The notes beneath the pieces are model-generated. The model was given only the letters and a program-made list of their open reading frames with translations, ran no database searches and was not told where the DNA came from. The position numbers were made by a program, and so were the translations under genes. Source: Takakia lepidozioides (Eukaryota > Plantae > Bryophyta). Taken from it: a stretch of DNA of 64,000 nt. Of the stretch, positions 63,001 to 64,000 are shown one piece after another. The first letter of the stretch is position 1, and the number at the start of each line of letters is the position of its first letter. The DNA lies in the NCBI GenBank assembly GCA_030704615.1, contig CM060733.1:39928001-39992000 (forward strand), written 5' to 3'.

Positions 63001-64000
63001 CAACATACATCGATGTCCAACCACACTTCCTAGCACACAATCCTAGAAAGCTAAGCCACAATGTATAATGTCATAACTAACTAGAAATAAATCATTTCTA
63101 GTTAACCATGACTAAAACCAAGACAAATGTTCAACCTCAGGCCCCTTCAGATCACTTTCCTGCAGTTTGTTGTTGAAGGTGGTGGAGGAGAGACGAGGAG
63201 AGAGAGATCCTTACAACTAAGCCTGCTGGTACCAGAAAGGCCAGAACATTGATATCCATGAAGTAGGACGGCCAAGTGGGAGGCTGGTGTTCACTGACAC
63301 TTGCAATTATTGGAATGTATTTACTTGCGTATGTCCTGGCCCACCCACAGCAACATATTGGGCAGTCAACAAAGCTGCAACTCATACTGACGCCTATATG
63401 ATTTGGCTACGCCCTACCCTAGCATGGACCCCAGGGGAAACTGAGCCTCCCAGAGCTAACTAACCACCAAGGTACAAAACTCAGCCAGTATTTCTCATAG
63501 AAACTTGCCAGCAGTAATTCAGTTGCAAGTCTGGAATTAGAAAGCGAAATCTTGATTCCAGAACTGCTAAAGCAACCTCCTCATGTGTACACATGTGGCT
63601 GGAGTTGCACTGCCTGTCAGACTGTAGTGGAGGGCAAGAGAGAGAAGTAAACACCAAGACTTAGAACCACAGAGGACTTGGCACCGTACAACCACAAAAA
63701 TGTACCAGAGAGAGATAAAAAGTGCCCACGACAGTCTACTGAGATACAGGAAATTACTTACGGATCAAGCAGACTTAAACTGCGTCCACTCCATCCCTTA
63801 GTGGGGCTCGCTGCCACCAGGGCTATTAGAATACCAACCAGTAAGAATGCACCAGCCCTGCACCATCATGGCCCATCGGTGTCACCCTGCTTCTTAGATA
63901 TATAAAGTCGCCATTCCCCAGGTAAAACACTCTTTCGATTCATTCAGCCCAATCCCAAAAAGATTGATATGACATGAAGGGAATACCATCCCTTCACTTT
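57043..64000 (-). CDS. STT3A: Oligosaccharyltransferase catalytic subunit STT3A; multi-exon, 5' part outside the window
   Basis: Exons ~63760-63880 ([15 protein letters not shown]), ~63213-63333 ([15 protein letters not shown]), ~62368-62451, ~61757-61891 ([12 protein letters not shown]), ~60827-61088, ~60279-60422 (AYSAPSIVL...[10 protein letters not shown]), ~59551-59741 ([15 protein letters not shown]), ~59152-59251 ([14 protein letters not shown]), ~57986-58067, ~57436-57531, 57043-57159 ([13 protein letters not shown]). Confidence 0.95.

Overview
Nuclear DNA of a land plant, probably non-seed (moss-like PLS-PPR repeats); the species cannot be identified from sequence alone. Two intron-rich housekeeping genes flank the window: a DENN-domain gene (<1-8627, minus) and STT3A (57043->64000, minus). 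Between them lies a ~44 kb transposon/PPR-rich block with four parts. (1) An 18.5 kb Mutator-like element (12737-31300) with a decayed At4g13970-like transposase and a C2H2/Ulp1 accessory gene. Nested in an intron of that gene is a P-element-like transposon (20671-26954, 8-bp TSD) carrying an RPL23a fragment and a tandem array of OSB-type PDF motifs. (2) Four PLS-DYW RNA-editing-factor genes. The outer two are divergent and carry N-terminal PDF motifs; one of them is an intact 1083-aa ORF (47528-50779). The inner two are decayed cargo of a Pack-MULE (40032-47234, 9-bp TSD) inserted between the outer pair. (3) A 2OG-Fe(II) dioxygenase pseudogene. (4) Two TTAA-flanked piggyBac-like elements and a gag remnant. 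The best candidate for an undescribed system is the PDF (ssDNA-binding) + PPR + DYW deaminase fusion family, whose modules are being picked up by local DNA transposons. All homology calls are by eye from recalled family motifs, not from database searches.
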